In this document: positions 40,101 to 49,221 of the stretch, piece after piece
Layout: each line of letters opens with the position of its first letter
Position numbering within the stretch: position 1 is the first letter of the stretch
Virus record (IMG/VR): IMGVR_UViG_3300037567_000704
Span: 1-64,000 of that record
DNA from: a virus
Length of the DNA: 64,000 bases
Direction: 5' to 3' (one strand)
Translations under genes and position numbers: made by a program
Notes under the pieces: generated by a model
Database searches by the model: none
Seen by the model: only the letters and a program-made list of their open reading frames with translations
Told to the model about the DNA's origin: nothing

Positions 40101-43100
40101 CGAATGCTAAACCCTTTGGATTGTTGATATCTGAATCATCAGCGTTGATTGCTGCGGTTGAGATTACTGCAAGCAACTCGTCAGTGACTATAGTGGTCCA
40201 GTTCAATAATGGTGAAATCAAATATGAATTAACAAATGTGTCTCCATTCTGTGAACTCTTTATCCCGAAGAAAGTATGTGGTCCACTTTTGTTGTTCTGT
40301 GTTCTATGAGTATAGGAGAAGGTCATGCCCCCCTTTCCATCTTGAGAATCCGTGATTTGGATGACTCCATTCTTCAGAGGAAAGCCGAGATAACCGAGTA
40401 TGTCATGATGTGCACAAGTGTCTCCGTTTTGAAACGGTCTCTCTAAACTCACAGTAAGACTTGTAGCATTAGCGCTCTTGCTTATAGTGCAATTCACCGC
40501 TATGCTAGGCGCACTAACCCCTCTCCACCTGTTGCCACAATAGGCTTGGTCTGTAATAGAAACAGCAGAGCCAGACCCTCCAGAAATGTCCAATCTACCA
40601 GAAGCGTCTCCACTACCATACATGTGTTTGCCCATAGTGAATCCACCAAGACCCACGTCTCTGTCGTCAATGAAAACACACACTTCGTTGGATATTGTGT
40701 CTGGCAGGGTGGTGTTCTCGTTTGCGAAGCCCTCACCCATAGTCCTGTAGATAAATCTCAGACCGTGTTTTCCTCCTCTGTGGTCCTCGAACTGCAGTCC
40801 ATACAAAGAGGAGTTTCCCACTACATCCGACTTCAAGTCAGAGGAATTGGTATGACTGGTATAAGAGACATCAGTGAGACTGCCGTATCTGCCTCTGAAC
40901 TTTTGAGAGCCCTTCTTGCCGAATCCCCACACACCTGCGTCTGGAGCCCAACCGGGAATGCCAGATGCTACAAGTCCACCGAAGTTCACTCTCCCTATCG
41001 CTCGCTTACCTACTCTCAGACCCTCTACCAATACTGATGATGAGCCCTCAGTCTCGAAAGACTCGGTATTGACTGTATTGAACTGTTTACCACTACCCAA
41101 ATGGTGAGATGTTCCCCTCAACACAGAGGCATCTGCATCTGTTACATTATCATCGAAGGTCACGAAGTCGGTATTGCTCACTACATCTTCACCAGAGTCC
41201 TCTGGGGTGACGTATTGTGTGAGTGTGGTGACAGGAGCGAAAGGTCTACCATGCTTGTTGAGAGGCATGGGAGCGGGATGCATGTTCTCTCCCTCCTTCT
41301 CCTCAGGCAATGCCCAGAAGTTCCTCCAACGTCCTCCATGTCCAATGAGGAACTCAGGCTGATAGACTGATTGTCCCTTGCTGTTATCCAGCCAAACGCA
41401 GAAGTTCCTACCACTCGCTCCCGGCACAGTGCTATGTATCACCACAGTGAATCCGATATTTCCGTTCTTGTCTTGCACCTCTCTGCCTATGTGTGCTCTG
41501 ACATAGCCCATGTGAGTCCCTCGGTCACGAGTGGAGAACGCCTTGTCACTGTCCCACCAAGCAGTCGGGTCATGAGCACTGCCTGTAGTGTCCTTGTCCA
41601 CTACTATCTGTCCCTTAGGCGCTCCTGCTTGGTTGATTTGACGAACAATCTCCAATGCAGCAGACTTTACAGATACCACTCCGTCCTTCTGAGCCACAGA
41701 GCCACAGTCTACCGTTAATCTCCTCACGAAGTCCATGTCCGTCCACTGTTTGAGGTGCTGCAAACGAGATTCCGAATGTGATGTAAGGTCGAGTGCATTT
41801 GCTCTTTTTCCTTTAAGGCAAAGGAAAGCAGGTATGACGCGAGTTCCGTCTGGGGTATCGAAGAACGTGGATGGGTCTCTGAGAGTATGAGAAATGCTAG
41901 TATCTGTCCTCAACTTGACTAGAGAGGTAGTAAAACTATCTGATACAGAGCGTTTCGTTCTTGAGAAACTGTGGTCTGGATTCGCTATGAGTGGATTGAC
42001 TGTATTGTCGTTGGTTCTGAGTAAGACGCTGTCTCCTTCTGAGAAGGTCTGGTAAGCACCGTATATCGAATACCCATCATGGACGTGATGCCCATGAGCC
42101 TTTCCATATATGCCCGGAGACAAAGAGCCACTTGCATAGTTGAACATGCTGTTCGGCAGAGTCCCGCTATTGAGTGAAGTAAGTAATCGAGTGGATAGGC
42201 TGTTCGCTATATCATGAGCATAGGCACTCTCGATGAACTTGGATTGCTGAACACTGCGTATGTATGGGTTCTCGCTTGGGAAGCCGTTAGCAACGTCTAT
42301 CTGAGTAGTAAGCCAAGAAGGTCCTCCGCCATTTAGTGTAGCGGCGTATTCCATCGTATCTGAGATTACATTGCTTGTACCAATCACCATCTTCTTAGGC
42401 CATCCAATCTTGACAGCATCAGCGCTAGTCTGAACCTGCATATGCAGGTCTTGGAATGCCACGAACTCCCTGTCATGGGCGACATCATAGAGAAGAACAC
42501 GAGCATGTCCATCCTCTGAGAGATAGGGGTCCACATAAGCGACCTTGGGCGCTTGACTCGCTGTCAGACCGAGAACCTTGTAATTCTCCTCTACAGTCTT
42601 GTTCACATGCTGGGCGTAATTCTGTGCAGTTTCAAGACAGGTGTCTCCAATTAGGAAGTTTTCAAGCGGTATGCTCTCTCTCGGTCTTGTGGCTAATGCT
42701 CCCTTACCACCGTTGAACCCCGTCCACACTAATGCCTCATTGAGAACCCCTCTGCTCTTAGAGAAGAGTCCCTCTATGGAATGTGGGTTGTTCATACTCA
42801 TGTTGGCCCATATCGTATCGCCACTACGCAGTCCACCCGGAGCATATGGATAATTCCAAGTTTTGTTCAGGATTGCCTCATCATCATCTACCTGCGGCAT
42901 TTCAATACGAAGAGGCTTGCTACTGGTATCGTTTTGGCAACTCCCAGTCAGAGTCACTGTGTAAGTTCCGTCATCATAGTCCTCTATATGAGACACTGTT
43001 CCGATATGTAGAATCTTACTCGCAGTTTCTTCTGAGTATATCGAATCCCCCTCTCTGAGGTTCAGACCCGATATTGTGTTCGAACCGGCCAATCTACCAT

Positions 43101-46100
43101 TCCCATTGGTAATAGTGCAGGTTGAGACGAGAGTTGATGCTGAGATAGTCCAAGCATCATCTCCTGCTGGTTTGAAAGTCTTGGCGATAATCTCATTGTT
43201 AGCAGCCTTGGTTGTATTGCTTGGAGGAGCACCACTTACGTTTCCGAATATGCTCCTCGTCTTCTTAGTGAGCGTTATCTCATTACCGGGCAGATTGGTA
43301 ACCCAAGAAGGCTTACTGTTACCAGTATCATAAAACACGAACATTAGAGTGTTGGCAGATACAACCTCATTAGAGGTGTTCTTGCTGATTCTTCCATAGT
43401 AATGCATGCTGCTCGGAGACAGAGAAGCACTTGCATCTGCTTGATAGAGATACTCTCCAGAACTGAAGGTATATGTATTCATATCATCATAATCTAAATC
43501 TGGGAACAGAGCCATATCCTCATCACTCATAGTTACAATTAATTCATGAATGAACTTAGAACTAGCGCCATCCAATACTGACCACTCTACGTTAGTCACT
43601 ACGCCTGTGGCTCTACCACTCATCACTTTAGGCGCGTGAGGATTGCTTTCCGGTCCAGCCTTGAACTCCACCGCGCTGACATACTGTCTGATACCGTAAT
43701 CCACATTGCCTCCCTGTGTCTTCGCGCTTGCACTGTCATGGTAGTATTCACCTCTGTTCTCGAAATCAGAGGACGGGGTTATGCTGTCAGAGCCTATGGG
43801 TATGAGTCCCTCTGATAGAGAAGGGCCACCCGGTGAAACGGCTGCTCCCACTACAGCGCTTTCTACAAAACCGCTTGAGAAACCCCAATTGCTATCATTG
43901 GGTATTTTGAGATACCGTGTGCCCACCAATGGTATGTCTTCGTAATATGCCCATTCCCCATTAGCGAGGAACACCTTACGGTAGTTTCTCACGTTACTGC
44001 CGACGTTCTGGTATGATGCATCGCTCAGACTTACACTGTGGAACAACTCGCTATTGTCTGGGTGAAGGTGATAGAATGAGGCAACTAACTCGAACTTGTC
44101 AATACGGGTTATGGGCGTGAACTTCTTCTCCGCCTTGTTCATCGTGAAGGAAGACCTCGCCTCTCTATCTGCAGGCTCTACTCCCTTGTGTCTCCTACCT
44201 ACAGGGCTGGGGTTGTATGTGTGTGCAGTCTGAGTAGCATCAACATGAATCTTGAAGGAGTTGTCTGGTCCGGGTAGAATACCCTTCTCAGGCTCATCGA
44301 AGAATTGGTTAGCAAAGAATGGAATCTCCACTATCGCTCTCGTACTCGCGTATTGTGTTCCCAACTGGTAATCATGAGAGACATCGTTCATAGTCTGGAA
44401 CATCCTGTCATTGACAGTGGTCCCATCCTCAGCAAGCGATGACTCATCGAAGAACTCGTCATTGAAGAACGACGTTGAGATATACATGTCGCTACCATTA
44501 GAGACTGCGCCTAATGCTGTCTCTGTTGCCTCCAACCATTGAAAGAAATTTTGGAACTCGGTTCCGTTCGCTAACAAGAACTTACCATCGCCAAAAGCGC
44601 TAGCAGCAGTGAATACGAACTCGTCTCCGTCCTTGGAATCGTAAAGAGCATTAGAACCGTCCTCCAAGTAGACTCTGCCCTTCATCGGGAATCCGTAAGT
44701 CCCCCAAGACGCAAGGTCGTCTGCTTCGTTGTTGAGTGGTTTGACGTAGATTTTACCACCATTAGTCGTAGTTGTGATTCGGTAACCAAGTGTAGCACAG
44801 TTCCTCCTCGTGGAGAAGGGCAAGCGTGCTAACGGACTGGGGTCAAACGTCGGTTTGGTGTCCATAGCCCCTTGTCCGGGACCACCGAGAGTAACCGTGA
44901 CGACAGGCGCATTGGGTTCTATCTCCTTGACTATGTGAGAGTCCGGGCTGCCTTTACCTCTCACGCTCACGTTCCTGTTGGCTGTGGATTCTGACAGACC
45001 CACGCAATGGACAGAGGTGAAGTTCTCACCTTCCTTGTCTGACTCTTTGACAGAACGGACTCTGGCTCTCGACATGAGATACATGAGTGATACAAAGTTC
45101 GCCTCCTCACCATCACTAACGGAAGAACGTATCTTTGCGAGTTGATTCACTCTTCTTCTGTCAGAAGGCTGTATGAACAAACGCATTCCTTCCTTGTTAC
45201 CACTGATGGAACCATTGTCAATAATATCGAACATCTCGTGAATATGTGTATTGGAAGAGGTGACCCCCTTGTCGAATTCACCGTTGGAAGGAGAATCGAG
45301 GACCACGCTAGGCTCCCTTCTGTGAAACTCCCCCTTGTCCGTCAAAGTCTGATTTTTGTCTCCATGGAATGTATCAATCACTATACGATGAAATACCGAA
45401 TCATGACTTGTGCTCGGTGAATGGGAAGCGGTTATGATTTGTGGAGTAGTATTGGGATTTATGTTTGCAAGAACCCCTACATACAATTCCTCCCCATTGA
45501 TTAGGGCAACTGCTCGATTCTCGTCCAATGTGATATCATTTCCTATTGATGCTATTATACCCACGAAAACCAGACTGGAGGTGTAGATAGTATCATCCAC
45601 TGCGATATTGACGTTACCAGTTGTATTACCTGTTGTGGTTATCGTATTGCCGCCACCAGCATTCTGATTACCGCTAACAGTAATACCTGTAGGAGTCAGT
45701 GGTTTGTAGTTGATAGGAGTGAGACTCTCATCCAACTCGTCATCAGACTCATAGCCTTCACTCGTATCTCCAACAAGAGAATGTGATTGTATCAGATTAC
45801 CGACTAATTGCTGACCTTCGAATCTCGCTTCTATGTAACCTCCGGGAGCATAAAGGGTAGCAGTGATAGAAGCGCTGGTCACTGCAGTTTTTATCAATTC
45901 GTATATGGTAGTGGTTCCTGTGACCACTGTGGTCCCTGCAGGAACGGTCTTTTCCACCATCAACAGGGGTTGGATAGTGCCACTCATGCTTGCGCCAGTC
46001 AAATCAATAGCGTTGTAGTAAATTTTGACGAATGGGGCTAAGTCGTAAGTAGAAAGTGCTGGAACATGTAATATGGCTACCCGACTCTCCTCACTTGGTC

Positions 46101-47952
46101 GTAAGTGATGCCTTCTGGTCTCAGCATTGATATTATCCAGATTGTCTGGAACTGGGCCTTTGAGCATGAAAGCCTTGTAATCGAAATTAACTCCACCTAT
46201 CGCCAAGAGTTCCTTGTTCTCCTTGGTGAGACCGTTGTTGAAGAGCGCCTCACATCTAGAGGAATTGACGACTTTATTGATTTCGAAAACATCTTGTTCT
46301 CTGAAGATGTCTACACGACTGTTCACTGATATCTGTTCGCCTGCTCCCGTTCTTCCTACATCGTATATGATATCAATCAAATCAGCAGACCCGTCTATTC
46401 TCTGGTCAATTATTTCCTCGTTCGCTCTTGGTAACATTCTCAGGAACTCGTGCCCATCAACGTGATTGAGTATGTGTCTGCCACTATGTCCTATCTGAAA
46501 AGAAGTATCAACCGTAGCAGGCCAGACAACAGCGAAGGGATTATCACTGTCATCAGTGGTATTAGCCATGTTGCTTGAATAAACGAAACCGTGTTGAGCG
46601 AATGGGCTCTCGTCAATGACCATCTGACCCGTCCTGTCAATTATCTGTGTGGAGAAATGAGGGTCTTGGTATGGCTTTCCTGTAGCATTGTCGATGAGCA
46701 AGTCAGCGCCTATTACTACGAAGTGATTGTCCAATCCTGTTGTTCTGGTGTGTAAGGCGCTACGAAGCCCATTGCTGGAATTGGGAAAATCAAGATGGAT
46801 GCTGGAAACTAGCATGTTTCCAGTGGTTGTGTTTATGTTATGGAGTCTGACCCTCTCTGGTGGTTTACCGTTCGGTTTGTGAGTGTCCAAGTCTATGCCC
46901 CCAGCATTGATGAGAAGATTGTATGGAGTGTGGGAAATGCTGTGCATCACCGGAGTGCCAGTTGATTGTTGGTAATCCACCACCTTGTAGTCCCCACCCG
47001 AATACTTGTGAGTCCCAGTGCTGTCCTTGGAAAAGACATAGTTACCTGATACCGTTGATAGTCCGGTCAGTTTCTTGGCCAGAGTAATAGCATCAGTTGT
47101 GGTTATTGTGATTTGAGATATGGTAACAGTAGCGCCATCCATAGTGGTGCTGTTGTTGGCAATGGCAGAGAACTTGTAGGTCCCTGAGATAGGAGCGATT
47201 GGCTCCTCGAACCTGTAAAGCAATAACGTATTCTCGTTCCTGAGTGGTGCAGACCTGTCAATAGCCTCCTCTGAAAAATCGCTACTGATATGAAGGGCCT
47301 CCATCACACCTCTGAACTTGCCTCCTTTACCTCCTACATACAGATGTGAATCGTAATTCGCTATGGTTACATTCCTGTTCAACAAGGATTTTTGAACCAT
47401 TAACACCCCATTGATGTAGAGGTCTATCGAGTTCGACCTTACAGTAGCCACAATGTGAATCAACGGCCTGTGGTCTATGTTCAAAGATGTTGCATCATCA
47501 GAAGAACCATCATACCTGTTGTAGGAATCATGGATTCCTCTGAACTCTGCTGGAGGGTATACCGTTCCCTCGTAGCCTCTGCTGGTCACTGACTTTGCTG
47601 TAGAGAGAGTCTCGACTACAGTGCCGCTGTCAGAATTGAGATAGACTTCGAATACAGCAGGTCCGGGAGTATCAACATCTCCGATTTTCAATCTGAACTG
47701 CCCTTCCTTCTCTACTACAACGCCACCACAGTCAGGAACCACCCAAGCCTCGATGCACAACTGATTGTTGAGAGCACCAGACAAATTGCCGTGACTGCCT
47801 GCTTGGTTGTCTTCTCCTAGTATGTTACCTACGCTCTTGGTCCCCTGTGTGGTTGCCTTGCCTAGTCTGCTCATTGCCCCTTGTGGGACGATTATACTGT
47901 CAGTCACCCCATCGAACATGAAAGCGTGATTGGAACGACTCATTACTGGCAT
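31156..47952 (-). CDS. Giant (5598 aa) virion tail-tip/baseplate protein with N-terminal LamG/ConA-like domain
   Basis: Uninterrupted 16.8-kb ORF with GGTGA SD; LamG signature FDGVTD...IEAW...HIVAT...LYING...LYVGG...FRG.ME...LYRFEE; repeated small beta-barrel modules. Confidence 0.8.
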   Translation of the reverse strand: MPVMSRSNHAFMFDGVTDSIIVPQGAMSRLGKATTQGTKSVGNILGEDNQAGSHGNLSGALNNQLCIEAWVVPDCGGVVVEKEGQFRLKIGDVDTPGPAVFEVYLNSDSGTVVETLSTAKSVTSRGYEGTVYPPAEFRGIHDSYNRYDGSSDDATSLNIDHRPLIHIVATVRSNSIDLYINGVLMVQKSLLNRNVTIANYDSHLYVGGKGGKFRGVMEALHISSDFSEEAIDRSAPLRNENTLLLYRFEEPIAPISGTYKFSAIANNSTTMDGATVTISQITITTTDAITLAKKLTGLSTVSGNYVFSKDSTGTHKYSGGDYKVVDYQQSTGTPVMHSISHTPYNLLINAGGIDLDTHKPNGKPPERVRLHNINTTTGNMLVSSIHLDFPNSSNGLRSALHTRTTGLDNHFVVIGADLLIDNATGKPYQDPHFSTQIIDRTGQMVIDESPFAQHGFVYSSNMANTTDDSDNPFAVVWPATVDTSFQIGHSGRHILNHVDGHEFLRMLPRANEEIIDQRIDGSADLIDIIYDVGRTGAGEQISVNSRVDIFREQDVFEINKVVNSSRCEALFNNGLTKENKELLAIGGVNFDYKAFMLKGPVPDNLDNINAETRRHHLRPSEESRVAILHVPALSTYDLAPFVKIYYNAIDLTGASMSGTIQPLLMVEKTVPAGTTVVTGTTTIYELIKTAVTSASITATLYAPGGYIEARFEGQQLVGNLIQSHSLVGDTSEGYESDDELDESLTPINYKPLTPTGITVSGNQNAGGGNTITTTGNTTGNVNIAVDDTIYTSSLVFVGIIASIGNDITLDENRAVALINGEELYVGVLANINPNTTPQIITASHSPSTSHDSVFHRIVIDTFHGDKNQTLTDKGEFHRREPSVVLDSPSNGEFDKGVTSSNTHIHEMFDIIDNGSISGNKEGMRLFIQPSDRRRVNQLAKIRSSVSDGEEANFVSLMYLMSRARVRSVKESDKEGENFTSVHCVGLSESTANRNVSVRGKGSPDSHIVKEIEPNAPVVTVTLGGPGQGAMDTKPTFDPSPLARLPFSTRRNCATLGYRITTTTNGGKIYVKPLNNEADDLASWGTYGFPMKGRVYLEDGSNALYDSKDGDEFVFTAASAFGDGKFLLANGTEFQNFFQWLEATETALGAVSNGSDMYISTSFFNDEFFDESSLAEDGTTVNDRMFQTMNDVSHDYQLGTQYASTRAIVEIPFFANQFFDEPEKGILPGPDNSFKIHVDATQTAHTYNPSPVGRRHKGVEPADREARSSFTMNKAEKKFTPITRIDKFELVASFYHLHPDNSELFHSVSLSDASYQNVGSNVRNYRKVFLANGEWAYYEDIPLVGTRYLKIPNDSNWGFSSGFVESAVVGAAVSPGGPSLSEGLIPIGSDSITPSSDFENRGEYYHDSASAKTQGGNVDYGIRQYVSAVEFKAGPESNPHAPKVMSGRATGVVTNVEWSVLDGASSKFIHELIVTMSDEDMALFPDLDYDDMNTYTFSSGEYLYQADASASLSPSSMHYYGRISKNTSNEVVSANTLMFVFYDTGNSKPSWVTNLPGNEITLTKKTRSIFGNVSGAPPSNTTKAANNEIIAKTFKPAGDDAWTISASTLVSTCTITNGNGRLAGSNTISGLNLREGDSIYSEETASKILHIGTVSHIEDYDDGTYTVTLTGSCQNDTSSKPLRIEMPQVDDDEAILNKTWNYPYAPGGLRSGDTIWANMSMNNPHSIEGLFSKSRGVLNEALVWTGFNGGKGALATRPRESIPLENFLIGDTCLETAQNYAQHVNKTVEENYKVLGLTASQAPKVAYVDPYLSEDGHARVLLYDVAHDREFVAFQDLHMQVQTSADAVKIGWPKKMVIGTSNVISDTMEYAATLNGGGPSWLTTQIDVANGFPSENPYIRSVQQSKFIESAYAHDIANSLSTRLLTSLNSGTLPNSMFNYASGSLSPGIYGKAHGHHVHDGYSIYGAYQTFSEGDSVLLRTNDNTVNPLIANPDHSFSRTKRSVSDSFTTSLVKLRTDTSISHTLRDPSTFFDTPDGTRVIPAFLCLKGKRANALDLTSHSESRLQHLKQWTDMDFVRRLTVDCGSVAQKDGVVSVKSAALEIVRQINQAGAPKGQIVVDKDTTGSAHDPTAWWDSDKAFSTRDRGTHMGYVRAHIGREVQDKNGNIGFTVVIHSTVPGASGRNFCVWLDNSKGQSVYQPEFLIGHGGRWRNFWALPEEKEGENMHPAPMPLNKHGRPFAPVTTLTQYVTPEDSGEDVVSNTDFVTFDDNVTDADASVLRGTSHHLGSGKQFNTVNTESFETEGSSSVLVEGLRVGKRAIGRVNFGGLVASGIPGWAPDAGVWGFGKKGSQKFRGRYGSLTDVSYTSHTNSSDLKSDVVGNSSLYGLQFEDHRGGKHGLRFIYRTMGEGFANENTTLPDTISNEVCVFIDDRDVGLGGFTMGKHMYGSGDASGRLDISGGSGSAVSITDQAYCGNRWRGVSAPSIAVNCTISKSANATSLTVSLERPFQNGDTCAHHDILGYLGFPLKNGVIQITDSQDGKGGMTFSYTHRTQNNKSGPHTFFGIKSSQNGDTFVNSYLISPLLNWTTIVTDELLAVISTAAINADDSDINNPKGLAFDCREMYATDGRTFGEWGVAADAIIIRSYDTTKPVKPLSDFFYASFHRDMGIQAAHIELGEVEKTDNTGSGWAFGTSRALSNTDIKNQKRMACGYIPDTVLQIITRGRGPNTNTATPLLVDSFNNPVDTNEWRRNLKGESFTRHSGDHILPMINNPIVVYDNSAGNSDNWDGTTKQFPLAHEMWNFLIPAGEEGNTDRVPSFGEKKTIYMADKQFIVVEGLNPGTASFVTNKTTLVWYEEGRSEDWPTADIDDTLAFSHFGDIKRTMEFDGLRSLGSVFSEPIVHFKGGKGSVDHSVPLFFGGGFSGVTLDINDGTMNDYSTFYTHPYANGPTGTSGIQNANEISTSFALLDCNAMFAFFPGAAFCNQHRGSILPPFFNKDSILSPDLSKTGTTINTGHPNSGNTSPYNHSTTSLRVRVQKPSPLILRFAHPTARYEDHKNSSGTSNVENKTTYIVFGPGQAFPFTQEIADSANMSGANTEQPHPGAVVTIGNTWSKVPVSGTVKLPNHIQNYDGFYMPESSTYQLARGRFHWRSTINWEPPQGKPNVAILKQGPESGRMYGTHFNADTATSGINDELDRAHPMRHCSVIGHGVAMAADMVFHMDGGYHPGGHWMDNQITFNPPHPKSNTILQKWGAATQLHSSAYRVAGPITTKVLGYAAAEGDLVGADVDMEYIIVDATRCQNGEELATVMGMAINTYPGAGALKAMGGTHMPSMGNSMRQDRYGWVEVECTNITNSNTTPSNNHITVEMSGYTANNTVNRDRLEQIPACGWLRTAAGGFAPYYAREVNNDSTLKVRFYIAPNRISGQMKFEDRTTWYDTDGTISDFPAISASDVLHVWSKAGVHRYNNEVAATRDHMCQTHFSGIVDAIDRTRPIGAAGWAGERYSYLNSLKVGTEGYAGGLGAWHPMLGFSPYGSASSAMTAFGNLPVVAPMPRSPESLPPIDNLGVNLMGFLNVPYANTTGFTLAHDTGYTRARKTSDNDGPDTLHSKPPIYVDTTLPDFMTHPQGVLGRAFLVVSYECESALIAKYDRDGITALGDWLQVKGAAANSVSNPIHYAGTTRWDERFHGQDRFIAPANAGPNVEALVHKTPTVPSITFSATHGADAAPFNAEYFLHGAAATNTTVENAIPGLHKTGDMLFDIDHSIGSFFLEDSGVTRNVADDFYEDVDYTTEYDNGSTLRVNDFWAGDVNAYALYDRAPAKNFTVEQIVWKRMDGGNLSLPAINARGLGAVPWMTRVKNGVAYTTGEKIFGNVRFSFETTNSAMLPILQAQEIAHPQLASKNPLLIGNVLNIPNEEMQFEEITVKDDSGQEHIIEGGSPLGTIIRGFSKVTDREAKGMSPSLANSGIAPNLKIQLPDPNSIPGNIIVRSGFDRLQGYQNETMGSGGMMHADLNEDYLGNLFDNSVSGPRKGPTYEDHNWEHIDPLTKDSTTAGWKETTDNAPLRTSYEQHDRTLYFHVTKMGHSHTHRYPTVFSHENGVETRILTASIFSGTTLTVNAAVLMPTTNTDIFAADFGSKEMAHTTTGRRFIRIYNSSTEESVVASYTGISGQTFTGVVGDVDFTDFMAAQTITNLKVVPSYYIPAGSNRFFAARRLRDHAEVSGNSPDMAKTQYSTGTYGTINTETLAYNIYNKAVITPMPLPRMGHHFVTPTMPMLPGHWAHPVYQGLYRSHLAENASLRGSVDRNLLKENTTATTEKSDIASGVSNYFHLQDAEIAFGSLNAAPSGPSDIHGGAFTLMFESKLKNDGYGVLASTGVAGKINQQGGHTVVLEASGNYTLDDFFPDPARVGAYQIVIQPNTFSNQLIGYHVDGGSYTLTGQQVNTVIGRKPATSGISGTGAVALLLAQTTQADVRGCEIFINEVMLDINPDHGEQFTNIPPLLLYNPFGVEGTESPAFTRRTLPYHPKLFSNSTPGYTLNIPWWSIVHKIAPDDGSSNNFKHLTHHRLDNYYMMKRSTFGSIGVQLTIAGYPSKYPAIYSHVLQNTSINPKCIVKTIHAESSGTREITVDDASAFPETPQYGQLLEFTDADGNIQTLPYTRRYGLQIGTINEPKKFTSTTVSGSFWTKLTALLAASVETTLRLTHPYNNLSAGKVMTDTNNSIFTMILPQVEKGTRDTTALHIPDAYLCLWHYNLGRPHTFYSDSSRTWGNLTSDRAVDKKPYNCMPEHFETIHYQDSVYAMSLGPFDFRMKSPNPEDKDGVASTGAEIHAFSGYEAQGGTNFDSQKIMFSKFWPCGSRGGPLTSRLDLYTQASISWNIPRKYASNDFYFWNDEDGLDENYAQGSSGITFTAMGSGYSGDNRKYPYGWRIAVRQACNKPTWGILTGRGKLEDDASSDNNFTVDYASGPLVQHEAMTWAYAGGDTGSQSNVSYTTTYVGVMERQTNFAGMLGCDKPEWQVKYSEGRRMTRPFGTPIRTLLSNSNMNKDWWGEVAGKGIYSLAEAAQYYLVDWWGNERGEDVRRAPVRGFGIRPAWDCGDVYEYDRANNRTPHARIWNYGKPIYEVLTGISAPVIDSSGNLDNEPPLLCGRSNAVNNTDTNTMVDVFAPTHSMRIGDMGNGRGVRYPIQFNEDILTELSEPIHTTGLVLSSNTAEPPAVTGLLRPRNDVLQADEIPRGISARLEISEHGLLKPDAVVSDRVEEIIGTSPHKDAVSRNSPRIGIDGHNVESVEKDHIAINTEAHSLHTDRNVGQRTILHGCLLGGSQTLAHLDLTSLAFGVQPRSALRFSHTSNMSPLGGNYILETRNYGNPFDDTGWGYDGLSGAVKTTNPYQNVDFNRTTIKNNQSDKSIKWLLRPVRLLDKNHVEMFRTLPATISGTPQYNNTVNKGTNTPTDYFRASAGGKYGIYTYEVTTPRVASNNFPSSAAPNTNAPYVPVFYMASGSSTITPTSQGPKILGTEVVGVDKFDKTTITSPVTRLVMSENTLQHYRSDAPRRRQIAENESEIKRMDFSVKPRFSQALHPKGHKGDVTFNVSDHSGDAA

Positions 47953-47961
47953 TGCTTCACC

Positions 47962-49221
47962 TCAGATTGACCTATCTACTGGGATGAAGTTCATCACGAA
48001 ACCATAGACGTTCTCACCGGCTTCGTATGTGATATCCAGTTTCTGAACTACCCCCTTAATCCCTGCTCTGTTACCGTCTTTGGTCAGGTCTGCGCTCGCT
48101 ACGAGAGTGTTCCCTGCACTAGACTTATCCGTAGGACTTTTACCCCAACCAGTAGGCATGATGAAGTTACGAGCGACATAGGTCTTGCCGTCTGACTGTA
48201 TGGTGGAATTGTATGGAATCTGTATACCTATGATGTAATCGCTACCCATTCCTGTGCCTTCTAACATCATACCAACTCCAGTAGCCGCTATTCCTCCAGT
48301 CATTCCTATGCCTACTACTCCTACACCAGTGCTCGCAAGTGCAACAGTGGCTACTCCACCAGTAAGAGCCATGAGGCCACCAGTAACAATCTTACCAGCG
48401 CCAGTCCTCTTCATATTGTTCATAAGACCATACAAATCCATGGCCTTGTCGCCAGCGGATTTCTTTACCACGGTTCTCCCTCCCACGAAATCAGAAGTGT
48501 ATGGGGCGCTGAAACCAGCGCCCAAATACTTCCAATCCGGGGTCACGTTGTTACCTGCTTTCCCAGCAACGTCTTGTGATATCTTCACAGCGCCCGCAAC
48601 TTGCTTTATCGTTGAATCAATAGCAGTAGCGGTGAATACAGCGGCCAACGTCGGTTCATTATTAATCAGACTGATGAAGCCATCGCGCAAGACTGTCGCA
48701 GTTATACTACTACTATCTGGATTGATACCCATCACATACGACCCATTCGTCGTATTGGTGACTGTCCCGCTTGTCAGTTTTTTGAAGGATATCGTAAACT
48801 TAGTCCCATTTGAGGCTGCGAGACGAAGGATAGTGAGACTGTATGTATCACCACTACTATCGTAAGTATTCTGAGTATTGAATAGATTTGCGAGATTATT
48901 TCTCGTTATATTTGTAGGACCATCTATGAATGAAATAGTCGCATTAGCCCAGCCGACAGGATAAACAGACGTGAAATCAACTATGCTAGAAGCAAGACTG
49001 TCTGTTCCCACTATCTCCTTATCATCAGTGAAGACTCCATGGACGATTACAATGGCCTTCTGCATGTTCATATCCAAACCGAACCTCTGTCCACCAGAGA
49101 ACGGGACTGCCATGCCGCCAGCCTTCCTGCTGGTAGTGAGAGTTATGCTTGTGGCATCCAATTCGATTAGACCGCCATTTTCTTGAACCAGACGAATCGG
49201 AACACCATTAGCCGCCACCAT
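47962..49221 (-). CDS. Putative distal tail (Dit-like) protein with insertions
   Basis: Directly after the tape measure; tube-like N- and C-termini (IKGVVQKLDITYEAGENVYGFVMNF). Confidence 0.5.
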   Translation of the reverse strand: MVAANGVPIRLVQENGGLIELDATSITLTTSRKAGGMAVPFSGGQRFGLDMNMQKAIVIVHGVFTDDKEIVGTDSLASSIVDFTSVYPVGWANATISFIDGPTNITRNNLANLFNTQNTYDSSGDTYSLTILRLAASNGTKFTISFKKLTSGTVTNTTNGSYVMGINPDSSSITATVLRDGFISLINNEPTLAAVFTATAIDSTIKQVAGAVKISQDVAGKAGNNVTPDWKYLGAGFSAPYTSDFVGGRTVVKKSAGDKAMDLYGLMNNMKRTGAGKIVTGGLMALTGGVATVALASTGVGVVGIGMTGGIAATGVGMMLEGTGMGSDYIIGIQIPYNSTIQSDGKTYVARNFIMPTGWGKSPTDKSSAGNTLVASADLTKDGNRAGIKGVVQKLDITYEAGENVYGFVMNFIPVDRSI

